A stretch of DNA of 64,000 nt, taken from contig KZ538110.1 in NCBI GenBank assembly GCA_000934665.2, forward strand, positions 1-64,000, read 5' to 3'. Below the pieces are notes generated by a model. That model was given only the letters and a program-made list of their open reading frames with translations. It was not told where the DNA came from and did not search any database. Shown piece by piece: positions 11,574 through 24,044 of the stretch (its first letter is position 1; every line of letters starts with the position of its first letter). The position numbers and the translations under genes are program-made. The DNA is from Catajapyx aquilonaris. Its lineage: Eukaryota.

Positions 11574-12372
11574 CCCCTTCGGCCCCAGATCGGCCCGAAC
11601 CACACAGTTTTTGGCTTATGCGTACTCCGAAGATACGGACAAGATATTTTGCAAATAATAACAGTTATACTTACGAGATCTGGGAAAACCCTATGAATGT
11701 GTCTGGAACCATTTTACTCGTCTAGAAGGCCCTAAATTAATTTCCAAAAAAGGGCTATAATAACTCAAAATTGGACTACTGCCGCCCAACTTTTCGGCTG
11801 ATTTTATTATGAAATGCGTGAAAATATGCGGAATAACAACTTTGAGAACTATACCAGAGGAATTTGCTGAAATCGTCGTCCTTTGCGAGAAATAAATTAA
11901 TACTTATTTGTGGCTTTCTGGCACTTTGGAAAACCTCGGAAAACCCCCAAATTTATTTGTTTCTCATGAAGTATGACGATTTCAGTCAATTCATCTCATA
12001 CTCATTTAGGAGTTTTCCTAAGTGCTAGAAAGCCGCAAATAAATATTAATTTATTTCTCGCAAAGTACGACGATTTCAGCAAATTCGTCTGGCATGGTTC
12101 TCATGGTTGTTATTCCGCATATTTTCACGCATTTCATAATCAAATCAGCCTAAAAGTTGGGCGGCAGTAGTCCAATTTCGAGTTATTATAGCCCTTTTTT
12201 GGAAATTAATTTAGGGACTTCTAGACGAGTAAAATGGTTCCAGACACATTCATAGGGTTTTCCCAGATCTCGTAAGTATAGCTATTATTATTTGCAAAAT
12301 ATCTTGTCCGTATCTTCGGAGTACGCGTAAGCCAAAAACTGTGTGGTTCGGGTCGATCTGGGGCCGAAGGGG
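11574..12372. mobile_element. Near-perfect palindromic piggyBac-like MITE (family B)
   Basis: TTAA|CCCCTTCGGCCCCAGATCG ... CGATCTGGGGCCGAAGGGG|TTAA; arms of roughly 350 bp. Confidence 0.93.
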
Positions 12373-13174
12373 TTAACATGGTACCATGTAGTGGTGGTGA
12401 TACACAGTAATTAGCCCTAGCTTCTATATTACCTACGGTGTGTTTCAGAATTAGCTATACCAGTCAAGATTTCTGGCTTTTCACCTCGGTAAACTTGCCT
12501 TGAAATTTCGCATAGAGTAATGTTTATGCTAGAAATCAAATTAAGTGATCTCTACAATGGTGTATGTCACTCCCCCACACTTGAAGATGAGGTGACTGGA
12601 TATGAATGTGACAGTGTCACCAATACAGATGTGAACTAAATTCTACAAGTAGTATAAGCTTTATGGTTCCCTGTGAAAATAATCCTAATACCTCAACCAG
12701 CTACCCATTCCTGGTTTCATGTACACCACACCTCCAGCAGTGTTTAAGTCCCTCTGCACTGTACCTGTTTCTTTAAAGTGCACCTGATAAACTAGTTGGG
12801 CTCTAACAATTGAGGGAAAATATAGATTCTGATATTGCAATCCATTTATCTCATAACTGAAAAGTAACCCAGGGTAACAAGTCAAAGTTGAGTAAATACA
12901 TCTGGTATAGTGTGGGTTCATCATATAACTTGTCAAAGTGTCCCGTTAATCCCACCTCTGGAGCTGGTGACGGCAGAACCAGTTCAGAGTGCGAATTGAA
13001 AGCCAAATGGATATTGTACTTAAGATATGTGAGAGTCCTCTTTATTATAAAAAGTGATGATTCAGACACTCACAGCTACTCAAGACTTCCAAATTGACAG
13101 GGAGGCTATAAAATTTTAAGATTACTAAGATACAATTTAATATTTACAATAAATTACAATAAATTTCAGAGTAC

Positions 13175-13342
13175 CTGATGGTGACATTTGCTCTGCATTG
13201 GATCGCATTTCCACTTTAAAACTGAGGCCACACATGTGAAGAAAAGCTTGTACAGCCAAGCAGCTGGAGTTTTCATGCAGCAATATCTGTTCGAGTTGGC
13301 AAGGCTGATACAGCTCGACATCATCAGGCCAGGGTTCATTCG
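13175..13342 (-). CDS. MTX2: Metaxin-2 coding exon 2 ([14 protein letters not shown]...AFLHMCGL...NAEQMSPSG)
   Basis: ttccag acceptor and G|GTAC donor; EPWP, QILL, LAVQAFL and NAExMSPSG motifs of metaxin-2. Confidence 0.95.
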
Positions 13343-13391
13343 CTGGAAGAATAAAAAATGACAATTATGGTAGTTGCAAGTGCATTAGTAC

Positions 13392-14480
13392 CAGTAGTGT
13401 CGCAGAAAAATTTCAGCAGGGTATAGCTCGAGGTGCAAATCCTCTTAGTAGCCTTTGCACCCGAGGGAAAAATTCGGGAGGGTGTAGAGAAGGGTTGAAT
13501 TGCAGCGGAAGGCAAGTGGCAAAAAGCCCGCCGCAGCCGCTTAATTTTTTTGTGGTTCCAGGTCACACAAGCTTATGTGAATGTAACTGACAATTTTTTC
13601 GTGAAGTTATTCAGGAAAGTAACAGTCGAAACTATCAAGTAAACCTGGCAGATGAACGTGAAACTACTTTATGATAGCTCCAGGTATGTCGGATTCTGGT
13701 TCTTCTTTAAATTCTTCACCCATTGTGAAGCTGTCTGTATATTTCGACTTTTCTTATCACATTTATGTTATTTTTCTTTCAAATCTCTTTGTGGAGAACA
13801 TGGGAGATGCTTTGTGGAGCACAGTGCGGGAACAGCTGCGCTGTACTCATGCAATAAGGGATAAAACAACGTGAAAAAATGCAGGAGGCTTACTGACCTT
13901 CACTCACCGCAGTTTTTCTATCTTTTTTTCGCTGCACTTTTGCAAACGACAGTGATACAAACCAATGTGTCCAGTGTTCAAACCTCAATTAACTCTTTTT
14001 TCCCTTTATTTTACCAGCAGAGCTGTTTTGAGCCATTAAAAACAGGATGTAGTACCCTCATTTGTCAAGTGTCCCAGCTAGGTAAAAAATTCTGGGACCC
14101 AATCTTTTGACCCGCAGCATTGACCGCCTGCTTTAGCAGACTCCATAAATTAGCCCACAACCCCCTCCCTATAGCAGGCCTCCGTTTCTCCAAATGGGAT
14201 GCATCTGGAGGATGGAGGACCCATCCCAATCACACCAGGAGGACCCGTGTCGAGAGGGATACCCCCCAACTCCCTTTCCCCGCCTCGCCGAAAATTCTAG
14301 CTGCTGATTGAGTCAAATTTCTTTCTAATTTTTATTTTAGAGGATAAACGAAATGAGCCTTATTGAGAGCCTTGCCAGGTATAAGATACAGGCATCGTAT
14401 AGCCGCGTATAGCCTCACATTTCGTGTTTTCTCGACTGGGTATACGCCGTCTACCCGTGTACCCCATCGCGACAGCACTT
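13392..14480. mobile_element. hAT-like non-autonomous element
   Basis: 8-bp TSD attagtac (13384-13391, 14481-14488); imperfect TIR CAGTAGTGTCGC / GCGACAGCACTT. Confidence 0.7.
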
Positions 14481-14913
14481 ATTAGTACCACTTATTATGT
14501 AACTTCTACTGTTTCTACATGCAATGCCAAATTCCTCCAATAATTTACTTTCTGTTTGTTTTTTTTGTCCCAAAATTTCATTTGCCACATGCCCACACTG
14601 GGTCTCCAATGTAGTCTCCTTCCTAGTAAAACATGTAGGTTTTGTATAATAAATGGTATATATTTCTCACAATCACCTCACAGTAGCAAGATCCATGAAC
14701 CTCAAGTTAAAGCTGGGTTTCATTTTAGCAGCCACATCTGTTCTACACAACTTACTCAAATTACATGCGCTGGCCAAACAGCACGCAAAATATCGAGCAA
14801 TAAGGCATATTCCTTGACGGCAACTTCTTGGTGCAATACTTACAGTAGTAGTAAGGACTTTCATATCGGCTCACCGGATTTGGAAGGGATCGGGGTACGC
14901 TGTACCGACATAA

Positions 14914-16274
14914 CCCACACAACAGAAGGACGTACCTAGGACGTCCCAGGGATGACACATTGGGATAAAGGGACGTCCAAGGGTCGTCCAAGATCCGGAT
15001 GTGGAGGTCCCTGGGATGGTCCAGGGATCACGAACTGGAGAAGTTTCGACATCCCTGGAAAGTCCCTGGGATGGCCCAAAGGCTGCCCAAAGGACATCCC
15101 CCGGATCACATACGGACCAGATTGTGACATCCCGTGTACGTCCCGTGAACTTCCGCAGGATGACATGTGCACTGATTTGGTACGTCACCTGGATGACATG
15201 GGGACCGGAATCAGACATCACACACACGTCCCGTGGACCTTCGCGGGATGACATGTGCATTATTTGCCACTGCCCCCAGGTGATTTATTGGAGTGAATTC
15301 CACATAATTATGTCTCATACGTGACATAGTCATTTGGAATGGACTCCGAATCACCTGGGCTTTCCCAGGAGGAATCTATGGCCCATCAGCAAGCTAGATA
15401 TGGACCTAGCAGAGTTAGTGGGTCTTAATAAGTGCACGCAGGACGATCGATGATGGCAACCAAGCAGCAGCAGCTAGAGCAGTGTTATTGCGTAGAATAT
15501 AATAATAGTGCTCTGCGCTGCTGGCAGTCACAATATAATAACGGTCCACCAAAGAGATGACAGAGCAGTACTGCTGCCGTCTATATTATAAGCTCTGCAC
15601 AAGCGTCCACTGCACACGACCACTCTGCATCACTCGCCATGCATTGATATACACATTCTTACCCCATTCTCCCGACGTGCGTTCTAACAAGAATGGCCAG
15701 TCACCACTCCCCCCTGGGGGCGCGCGAAGCAGAGGTCGCAGGAGGGCAGGCGAGAGGAATCCAAAAATCACAAGGAATGAACCAATATATCCTATTTGCT
15801 GCTCAGATATGCCAAGCAGTTCTTAATCAGCAGCACCCTTATTATTATTATATTAGGTGGTACGTATACATATTCTCAGTGATGTCGAACGGGTGTACAA
15901 CGTATTTTGATTACATATGCCATTTACATATACAACCCGCCCATTCGAATGGGCAGGTATATGTAGCCTCTCTGTAGATGTCCTCGAGACGTTCCGATCG
16001 TTCGGCGGGATGAGAATGGGACTTGCGGTATGGTCCTGGGATACCCTGTGGGGGACGTCCACAGTATGTCGTAGGGATGAAAGACTGTGACGTCCCTATC
16101 GTCCGGGACGAGAACAGGACTTTAGGGATGGCCCAGGGACACCTTGTGGGGGACGTCCCTAGGATGTCAGTCATTCATCCCTAGGACGTACTGCAGATGT
16201 CCCGATTATCCGGGATGAACGTGGGATTTAAGTGACGTCCGCGGGCGGTTCCGGAGGCATTTGTATTGTGTGGG
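14914..16274. mobile_element. EnSpm/CACTA (CMC)-like non-autonomous element
   Basis: AA|CCCACACAA ... TTGTGTGGG|AA, 2-bp TSD; many subterminal GGACGTCC-type repeats at both ends. Confidence 0.82.
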
Positions 16275-16555
16275 AACCCATGACCTAACTTTCCTTCCCA
16301 GCGGATACTGACTCATTTTCAGGAGATACAGGCCTAGGAAAGTAGGTAAGTGCTGCATCAGCCAATATGAAAGTCTGGCCCAGAAGTATACCTGTTAGTT
16401 AGGTTACTTAAATAACCTGTATGCCAACCTGTAAAATTTGCCAATTTGCTGTGCAATCCAATCTGACGATAGCATGGATCCTGCCCCTTGCAATTTCACC
16501 CAGAACACTGAACACTCAACCCATAATATTCTACAAATTTTTGAAAATTTCATAC

Positions 16556-16601
16556 CACCCAGCTCCAGGGCCACCGATTCAGTAAGGAGAACGGATGGCA
16601 T
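16556..16601 (-). CDS. MTX2: Metaxin-2 coding exon 1 (MPSVLLTESVALELG-)
   Basis: ATG at 16601; donor G|GTATG in phase 1 joins in frame to exon 2; resembles the short metaxin-2 N-terminus. Confidence 0.8.
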
Positions 16602-16776
16602 GATGACCGAGCCCTGGGGCAAACACCGTTTCTGGCTGCGAGTGCTGAGCCCTAGCTGGGGCAGGCTGGTCCACGGGGTTTGTCACCCCGACCCCGTCAA
16701 TCTCCTCTTCCAAGTTCCAAGTTCCAATTCCAAAATTATTTACTGGGCGAGTGGGCGCACACGAGCCGGAGCCTAT

Positions 16777-16825
16777 CACGCATGCGCCGCGCGTTCGGCT
16801 CTCCGCGCTGCTCAGCGCATGCTCT
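16777..16825. promoter_or_regulatory. Putative metaxin-2 promoter with two NRF-1/Ewg-like motifs
   Basis: CACGCATGCGCC and AGCGCATGCTCT in a CpG-rich patch about 180-220 bp upstream of the ATG. Confidence 0.4.
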
Positions 16826-17529
16826 GCGGTAGTGGTGCCAGGTGTAGGAACTAGGAAGGATTTCAAATGTGTGTAATAAGCAGTAATAAGCATAGATACA
16901 AACAATCGAAATAATTATCCTTTCACCCCAGCACGCCCCAGCAATAGTAGGCTGAAGAGGTCAATATGAATATCCAGTTCGAAAATACCGAGGTCTACAT
17001 GCATGTATCTCTTTGGTTTATTCCAGGTGAATTGTAAAAATAATATACCACAATAAAAGTACTTAGTGTGTTTGTGACTGTTGAAACGCAAATGAATATA
17101 CACATTAATATACAGTATAATAAATAATACAGAGAGGGTGTTCCAAGTATTTAGGTCCTTTGAGTTATAGGTTCGCTCTTGCTCAAAGCTGTTATTTTTT
17201 TTGTAGCTTCTCGTGCCCCCAGTCTCAATTATACAGTACAGTGTAGCAACTGCTACTTTCGCCCATTTGACAAGGTTTTTTTTATATATTTGTCCTCGCT
17301 TCTTGAAAAAAATAACATTCAAAAAGGAAATGGCCCAAGCCAAACTATTATTTTACATTACAAAGTGAACCTAATTTGCCTAGGGATTATTTAATGTTAT
17401 AACAGTTGCACTATAAGAACTTGTACTAATTTTGGAGCCTAATTAATTATTCTCTTGAGATGTAATATGGCATTCCTTAATTAATATTGAGCTGGCCTGT
17501 AGCACATGCAGGTGAAAGACGACCTTATA

Positions 17530-17790
17530 CAGCTGGTGATTCTCGCGAAACCGAACCCAAACATTCATCAATAATTTTTTTAATTCTTGTATGGTTCTCA
17601 ATGAAAATCGACATGCACTTACCTAGTATGATGCCAAACAAGATCTGCCTAGAAAACAAGATGTATAAACAGGGTACGGTACAGTACGGTACCCTGTTTA
17701 TACATCTTGCTAGAAAATAAGCAGAAAATGGTCCCCTCCATCATCAAAACGTTTTTGAATGCGAGTCTGCATATTGGCTTTTCTCATTCA
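17530..17790. mobile_element. Diverged partial copy of Tc1/mariner MITE family F
   Basis: Similar to the left arm of 18986..19894 (ggtgattctc...aaacatt...atgaaaatcgacatg). Confidence 0.7.
17657..17709. mobile_element. 53-bp hairpin mini-element
   Basis: Perfect 21-bp TIR CAAGATGTATAAACAGGGTAC and perfect 8-bp TSD ctagaaaa. Confidence 0.85.
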
Positions 17791-18305
17791 TATTTTCATA
17801 ATTTTCTCCTCCATTGTCGAAACCTGGAAAGGTTACAGAGATGACCGTTGCTGATTTTTGAAGCTCTGTCGATGTATATTTACAGACATGAAGATGACAC
17901 AGAGATCACAAGAGGAGGGGAAGAAACAAAAGACGAACGCTACCTCCCAGCCCCATTTTTGACCCTCTTCATTTGAAATCGAAAACAGTTACAGATATTA
18001 ACTTTACTGGGTTTTGATCTTTTGAAGCTCTATCGATATAATTATGCCTTATTGATGTCTCGCCCCAACATCGCTCTTCTATATGCCTCCTTAGCATATA
18101 AGTTGGGCGATTAAATCCATTCTCTACTAAATTACATTTGTCACATCAACATGCTGGTGATTTTCATTCTAGGTGAACTTCACTGGTGTTGGGGTAAATG
18201 CACAACTTGTGCTTAATACACATTATTCATATATACAAGTAGGATTAGGCACTTGGTCTGGATTTACTATCAATCATGCAACAGCGGGGCTTAGAACAAA
18301 TACTA

Positions 18306-18614
18306 ATAATAATAATTAATAATTTGATACCCCATTATCAGCCTACGGGCTTTCCTAGGGGGGGATTTCTCCCAATTTTTTGTCTGGAACTCTTCCATTT
18401 TTACTATTTTTCTCATCACCGGAATGAAGCAGGGAAAGGGTAGGAAGGAGGCGGCTGTGGCCTATATTACGGTAACGACCCCGGAATTATCCTGCAAGGA
18501 CCATGGGAAACCACAGAAAACCATGGTCAGGGTCACCGGCCTCCGGGATTCGAACCCAGGACCTCCCGATTAGCAGTCGGTCACCATACCACTACACCAC
18601 TACTGCTTCGGTTA
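18306..18614 (-). mobile_element. tRNA-derived SINE, family 1
   Basis: GGTTCGAATCC B box; same core as the 7958 copy; 16-bp TSD cttagaacaaatacta. Confidence 0.92.
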
Positions 18615-18985
18615 CTTAGAACAAATACTAGTAATACTAACCTGAGCCACGCAAATCAGATCCAGCTCAGACTAGAGGTATGTACGTATTCTGCTTAAAA
18701 CTTGCACCCTTGTTACCTCTGCTTGTTACAGGAATGCAATGCCATCGGCATCAAGTACACACATTCTCTGTTACCCTCTATAACGTTGATTCCCTCTGCT
18801 TTGGAGGCTCACATAAGTGAGAGTCAGCAAGACCCAGAATGGCCACCATCCATGTTTTTGCAGGAACTAAAGGTTTTTAGAAATATTCTGAGGGATTCTG
18901 TGAAAAATCATTAAAATCTAATGACCTGGTGCACCTGAGATTGTCCCTTGATTAGGAAAATGTACACTGCAACTATTAGCTTCTA

Positions 18986-19894
18986 CAGGGTGATTCTCCC
19001 GAATGGAAACACAAACATTCCTCAATAACTTTTTAACTATGGCATGGTTCCCGATGAAAATTGACATGGACTTTTTTTTTTTTTCACTACCCCTTGCTCA
19101 GTACATTACGTCCTGCTTCAGGGGGTGGCATACTACCATCAGTTTTTCTATATATATATTTTCCACTTCATTCACCAGTGCAAGGAAACAAGGACAATGG
19201 GAAAGGATAGGGATTTTTGGGGAGGGAACATGGGTGCAAGGTGCAATGTCGTAGCTAATGGGTCATGTGCTGTTCCCCAGGAGGTTAGGTTGCCAGACAC
19301 CTCCTGGGTGCAGGTCAGAGACCCTCCTGACGCAGGTGAAAGGAAAGTTCCCCAGGCGGGGATCGAACCTGGGGCCTTTCACTCAGCAAGCCGAGACGTT
19401 ACCATCACGGCCACCACACCTCCCCATGAAAATTGACATGGACTTACCTTGTATCATGCCAAACAAGGTCTGACTAAAGAATATACCAAAAGTGGTCCCC
19501 TCCAGCATCCAAGAATTTTTTAATGGGAGTTTGCATATTGGCAAAGACTCCTGCAGATTGCCGGCAGGGATTGCACCCATCCCCCGCCGGCCCACCTGCT
19601 TGACAAGAGGGCATCTCAAGGCAACGGGTACAGTCCGATTCGTTTTGGGGTATGATGGGCCTACGGCGGCGCGCGCCGGGAAGGAGATGGATTCCATCCC
19701 CCGCCTCCAATCTGCAAGTCTTCGGCAATATGCAGACTCGCATTAAAAATTCTAGGATGCTTTTGGTACATTCTTTAGTCAGACCTTCTTTGGCATGATA
19801 TAAGGTAAGTACATGTCAATTTTCATTGGGAACCATACCATAGTTAAAAAGTTATTGAGGAATGTTTGGGTTTCCATTCGGGAGAATCATCCTG
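18986..19894. mobile_element. Palindromic Tc1/mariner-like MITE (family F) interrupted by a SINE
   Basis: TA|CAGGGTGATTCTCCCGAATGGAAAC ... GTTTCCATTCGGGAGAATCATCCTG|TA. Confidence 0.9.
19074..19425 (-). mobile_element. tRNA-derived SINE, family 2
   Basis: GGTTCGATCCC B box; A-rich tail; 20-bp TSD atgaaaattgacatggactt; near-identical copy at 28766. Confidence 0.92.
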
Positions 19895-20339
19895 TATAAT
19901 ACCTTATTGTTCCAGTAGGAAGATTCCATAGCCAGTCAGACAAGCATCACTATGTACTCTACAGCACAATTAACAAGAAAGAATCCACACCAAGACACAT
20001 CATGATTCTATTTCACATGATGCCACCGACCCTCAAACTGCACAATTTGGAAATCACAAGTAGCCATTAGAAGCCACCCAGGCAGCCCACAATAGAACAG
20101 ACACTGAATTGCTGATCCAAAGCAGTGATCGTGCTGAATAACTAGCTTACAACTGGTTATGGAACATTATGGGCTGAGCAGCCTGTGAAAGGTCCTACAG
20201 CCCCTTTAGTCCCGTTTATTCAAATCAAAGAATTTACAGTTTGCAATAAACCCAAGAGCAGTCCTCATCGGTCCCGAATGTCACATCTCCAGTCAAGGAC
20301 AGTCAGTCAAGAGAACCCAGCTCATCAGGATACCCCAGT

Positions 20340-20960
20340 AGGAGCGGCTTAATATTGTTCATCTCTGAAAGGAACTTGTTCACCTCCAGAGAGAAGTCGT
20401 TCAAGGCCTCTCACATCTGGCTGGTCAATGTCTTCAATGAGCAGGACCAGCCAAAACCCATCATCACTACAGCCAGCCAGAGACTTTGGTGGGGAGACTG
20501 CATCACCATAGGATGTGGGGAGGGTGCTGTGTAATACCATCTCAGCAAGGACACCCATCACTCCAGTTATCCTTCAAGAGCTTAAATCTCGCCAGATATG
20601 GCTGCAAGGTTCTAGCTTCGACCATACTCTGTGGAAAACCACTATGGGCTATGAGGGATCAAAATGGGTATGTATACCTGGTGTGGTGACGGGAGAGGAG
20701 AGGCAAATGCTAGTGTGGACGTGTGGGTTGCGTAGGAAAGTGGCGGTCGCGAATTTTACACGACTGTTTTCTGGGGTTGCCAACAAAAATTTTTGGGAAT
20801 CACTGCCCTACACAACTCAGAAGCCAGCAAGCCACCTACAGGGACCTAGGCAGCCCCAAACTGATTTCACTTCATTCGAAGACTTCATCCCCTAACAACA
20901 CAACTCGGCTCATGGGTTTCCAAAGAAAGAGCCAACCCCACACCGAAGCTTGGAACACCT
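20340..20960 (-). pseudogene. Degenerate non-LTR retrotransposon ORF2 C-terminus
   Basis: YLARFKL...CPC*DG...HILW*C resembles the terminal CCHC knuckle of LINE ORF2; several stops; boundaries approximate. Confidence 0.45.
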
Positions 20961-22240
20961 CCATCAGTAAGGCAACTGATATATAAAATACATATTATAA
21001 AATTATTATTATGACTCCTGTTCCATTTTAGTCTGTGCAGTCTGTGCAGTCCAGATCCCATATTTCACGGCCAATTAATGGTTCTCAGAGAGAAAGGTGG
21101 GAGTCAGTCCCATGAAAATTTGTTCTACACGATGCATGTTGAATTGTTATTCATCATACCTCCCATTTCACTCGCTATTTGATTAAAATAAAACTATATC
21201 CCTTGAAAAGTACATTTATTGGGAGCAGTAAAAAACTACCAAATGCAAACACTATATACAAGAACTGGCTTGGAACAAGTTCTCAATGCTGTATCACTTG
21301 CGTGTGCATACTTGCAATTTTTTCACTTGTTTCTTGCTTGTTGATCTTGCATGCAAGGGAGAAAGACGCTTTTCTTGCCTGCATGCAGACATTTTAGCAC
21401 CCAATTTGAATTGCCTGGTCATTTCAATTGTAATTATCATGCTACAGGCTTTCTTTGCTAACAACTAAGAGCTTAACCACCACAACACATCCATATTAGT
21501 ATTTTGTGATTATATGCTGTGGAAAAATCAATAACCACAAAAACATTACTTATCTACAGAGGTTACATACATATGAAAAAATGGGAAAGGGCTTAACAGT
21601 TCCCCCTTTGGTGTAACGTCACCAGAAGCAACAACTGTTCTCTTGCAACATGTGGTCCCTTTATTGGGGATGCAATTTTCAAAAACCAAAAACACAACCT
21701 GCTTGTCCAAGCGCAAAGCAACCTATCCACAAAATAAAATGATTGTCTCAATATTCTTATGATAGTCCTTGCAAGTTGTGTGATCCTTAAACGGTCTCAG
21801 AATTACTGTCATCATTGACTGCAGTTCATATGGAACAAGTTTACAAACAACTGTAACTGACTTGATGTGCTTGCATATTAATTTTTTTTTATTTAAAAGA
21901 AAAAAAAAACAATGAAACGTAGGCATCGGTTATTTATGATCTTAAGGGAAGTCACAACTTTTCATTATGCTAAAATGAATAAAACGTTGCGCATGCGCGC
22001 AGCATGATAATCTCTTACACATATCAGACACATAACCTTGTTGACCAACAGGCCCATACCCAACACAGAATAATATCTGAATTGATCCAGTTAACAAGTG
22101 AGCCAAGCTAAGCTTAACAACTTACAAGCTTAATGGCAACAACAAAAAAAAGAAAAATTTCCACTCTCCATACATTGTACAAGACTTGAGGTTCAGCTAC
22201 TAGTCTTTGTTCATGACACCTGTTTGTTCTGTTGCAACTT

Positions 22241-22417
22241 TTAATTTAGTGGCTCCACGTAGTTGGCAGGCAGCATCCCAGTGTGCCCCGTCCGCTGAAC
22301 CATACCAGTCATCCAGCCATCATCAATAGGAACGCAATTAATGATGACATCGCCATCCGAGAAAGAGACTTCATCATGGTCCTGCGCTTCATAGTCATAC
22401 ATGGCACGATATGCACG
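22241..22417 (-). CDS. LASP1: Lasp last coding exon, SH3 domain ([19 protein letters not shown]...GWMTG...[12 protein letters not shown])
   Basis: ctccag acceptor; LASP/nebulin-type SH3; TAA stop; total CDS 999 nt = 332 aa. Confidence 0.97.
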   Translation of the reverse strand, partial: RAYRAMYDYEAQDHDEVSFSDGDVIINCVPIDDGWMTGMVQRTGHTGMLPANYVEPLN

Positions 22418-22833
22418 CTGGAGAGGAAGAAAGTAGAAAATGTTAACACATCATATCTCACCCCAAAAATGAGGAAATATTAAACTTAGTCCACCACATT
22501 GGTCAATTTGTACTCCTAAATTAACAGGACACCAATAATTTTCATTTGCATGTGGTATAACTTGATCAGTCAATTCAGTACTCAGACAGTGCATGACTTG
22601 CTGGATGACTTCTCCCAACTCACCTCATATGAGTATAATAATAATAATGGATACCCCGTGATAGGCTTCCTTGGGCCTCTTAGGGGATCATCTTTTCGTG
22701 GACCTTCTTTAATCATTGCCTGCGCTGTGATGAATTTTGATTGTGGGAGGAAATGGGAGGACCCTAGAAAACTATGCAAACACAGAGAGAACCCACCGAA
22801 ACTCTATCCACATAAGTAATCCATATAAGTAAG

Positions 22834-22872
22834 GGAGAGGGAGAGAGAGGGAGAGAGAGGGAGAGAGGGAGA

Positions 22873-22927
<55 letters not shown>
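22834..22927. repeat. (GA)n microsatellite
   Basis: Direct reading. Confidence 0.95.
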
Positions 22928-22929
<2 letters not shown>

Positions 22930-23436
22930 CCAGAAAAGAAGTAGGAACAGATATACTGTACTTTGCCCGGGGAATGGCAGCGGGGGGCGAAGATAAGCAT
23001 ACTTCAAGCATGGGCGAGCAAGATTCCTTCTTCTGCCGCTTCGGAAAATGTCGCTGGCAGTTGCCTCGATATATGACCAGAACTGTACAGTAGGTTCTTG
23101 CTATTATCATGCCATGCAGAAGTGAATATCAGCTTTTTTCTTTAGAGTGTTTCATTGTAAATATTTATGTTCATAAGTTACAATATTGCACTTTTTTCCA
23201 TTTCAGAGAGGGACGTGATGATTGTATGATGACATTTCATAAAAGCACCAATCAGAGGTACGATCCGATGGGAAACTTGGAAGTTCATTGGGCAGGAGGG
23301 AGGGGAGGTGTCCCTTTCTGAAAATTGTCAGACCATAACATTTTACAAGTGCCGAAAAAAAAAAATTATTCTCGTATTGGTGTGAAGACTCCCCCTACAT
23401 GGGTAATAGCACAGTTAGCATGAACTTAAATTTTAA

Positions 23437-23888
23437 CTAGAAAAACCCTCGCTTCGCTCGCATTTTTATAAGGCCCAGACCTAGAGAGCCACCCGCTCCG
23501 CGCGCTCTTTTCTAGGCCTGCGGCCTGGGGTACTGATTCGGCACGCCATCGCCTGGGGAGGGGGTAACGACATTCGCCCTCCAGCAGTTTTCAAATGGCC
23601 CGATAAGTGACAACACGTCTGTCTTGTGCCTGTCTTTCCATAAAGTGAACTGTTTACCGACTCTGTAAATAACTTCACAGTAGTGCCAACTGGGCAACAA
23701 TACAGAGAAGGAATGGACAGTTTCCCAGGAAACTCACAAGTGGTGTTGTTTACACCCCATAGCGCATGCATAGAACGCGGGCCAATGGGAAAGTGGCGGA
23801 AACAACATGGCGGCAGACCAATCAGAGGGCTTATACACAGTCCACAAGCATTTCAATAATTATTATCAGGGTCCCTGATTATTATAGA
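23437..23888 (-). mobile_element. Non-autonomous Helitron-like element
   Basis: Minus strand A|TCTATAAT ... CGAGCGAAGCGAGG..CTAG|T: TC start, GCGAAGC mini-hairpin, CTAG end, AT target without TSD. Confidence 0.75.
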
Positions 23889-24044
23889 TGACATAGAGGA
23901 AGTTGCTGGTTTATGAATGACCCGACTTACAGCGATCCATACTTACGAACGGGCTCCCAAGGCTCCCCAGAAGGATAATTTATAATTATCCCTCTTCTTT
24001 CAATCACTTCTGCTTACATTGGCTGACACCAAGTTCAACATTAA

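Noticed and set aside
14914..15260. Repeated GGACGTCC motifs as a CRISPR-like array
   Set aside because: Repeats are short, degenerate and irregularly spaced, and lie inside transposon TIRs in a eukaryotic intron; no cas genes
20290..20345. CTGATGAG on the minus strand as a hammerhead ribozyme core
   Set aside because: No stem II or GAAA follows
21988..21999. Strong NRF-1-like palindrome TGCGCATGCGCG
   Set aside because: Lies in the presumed Lasp 3' UTR with no promoter context
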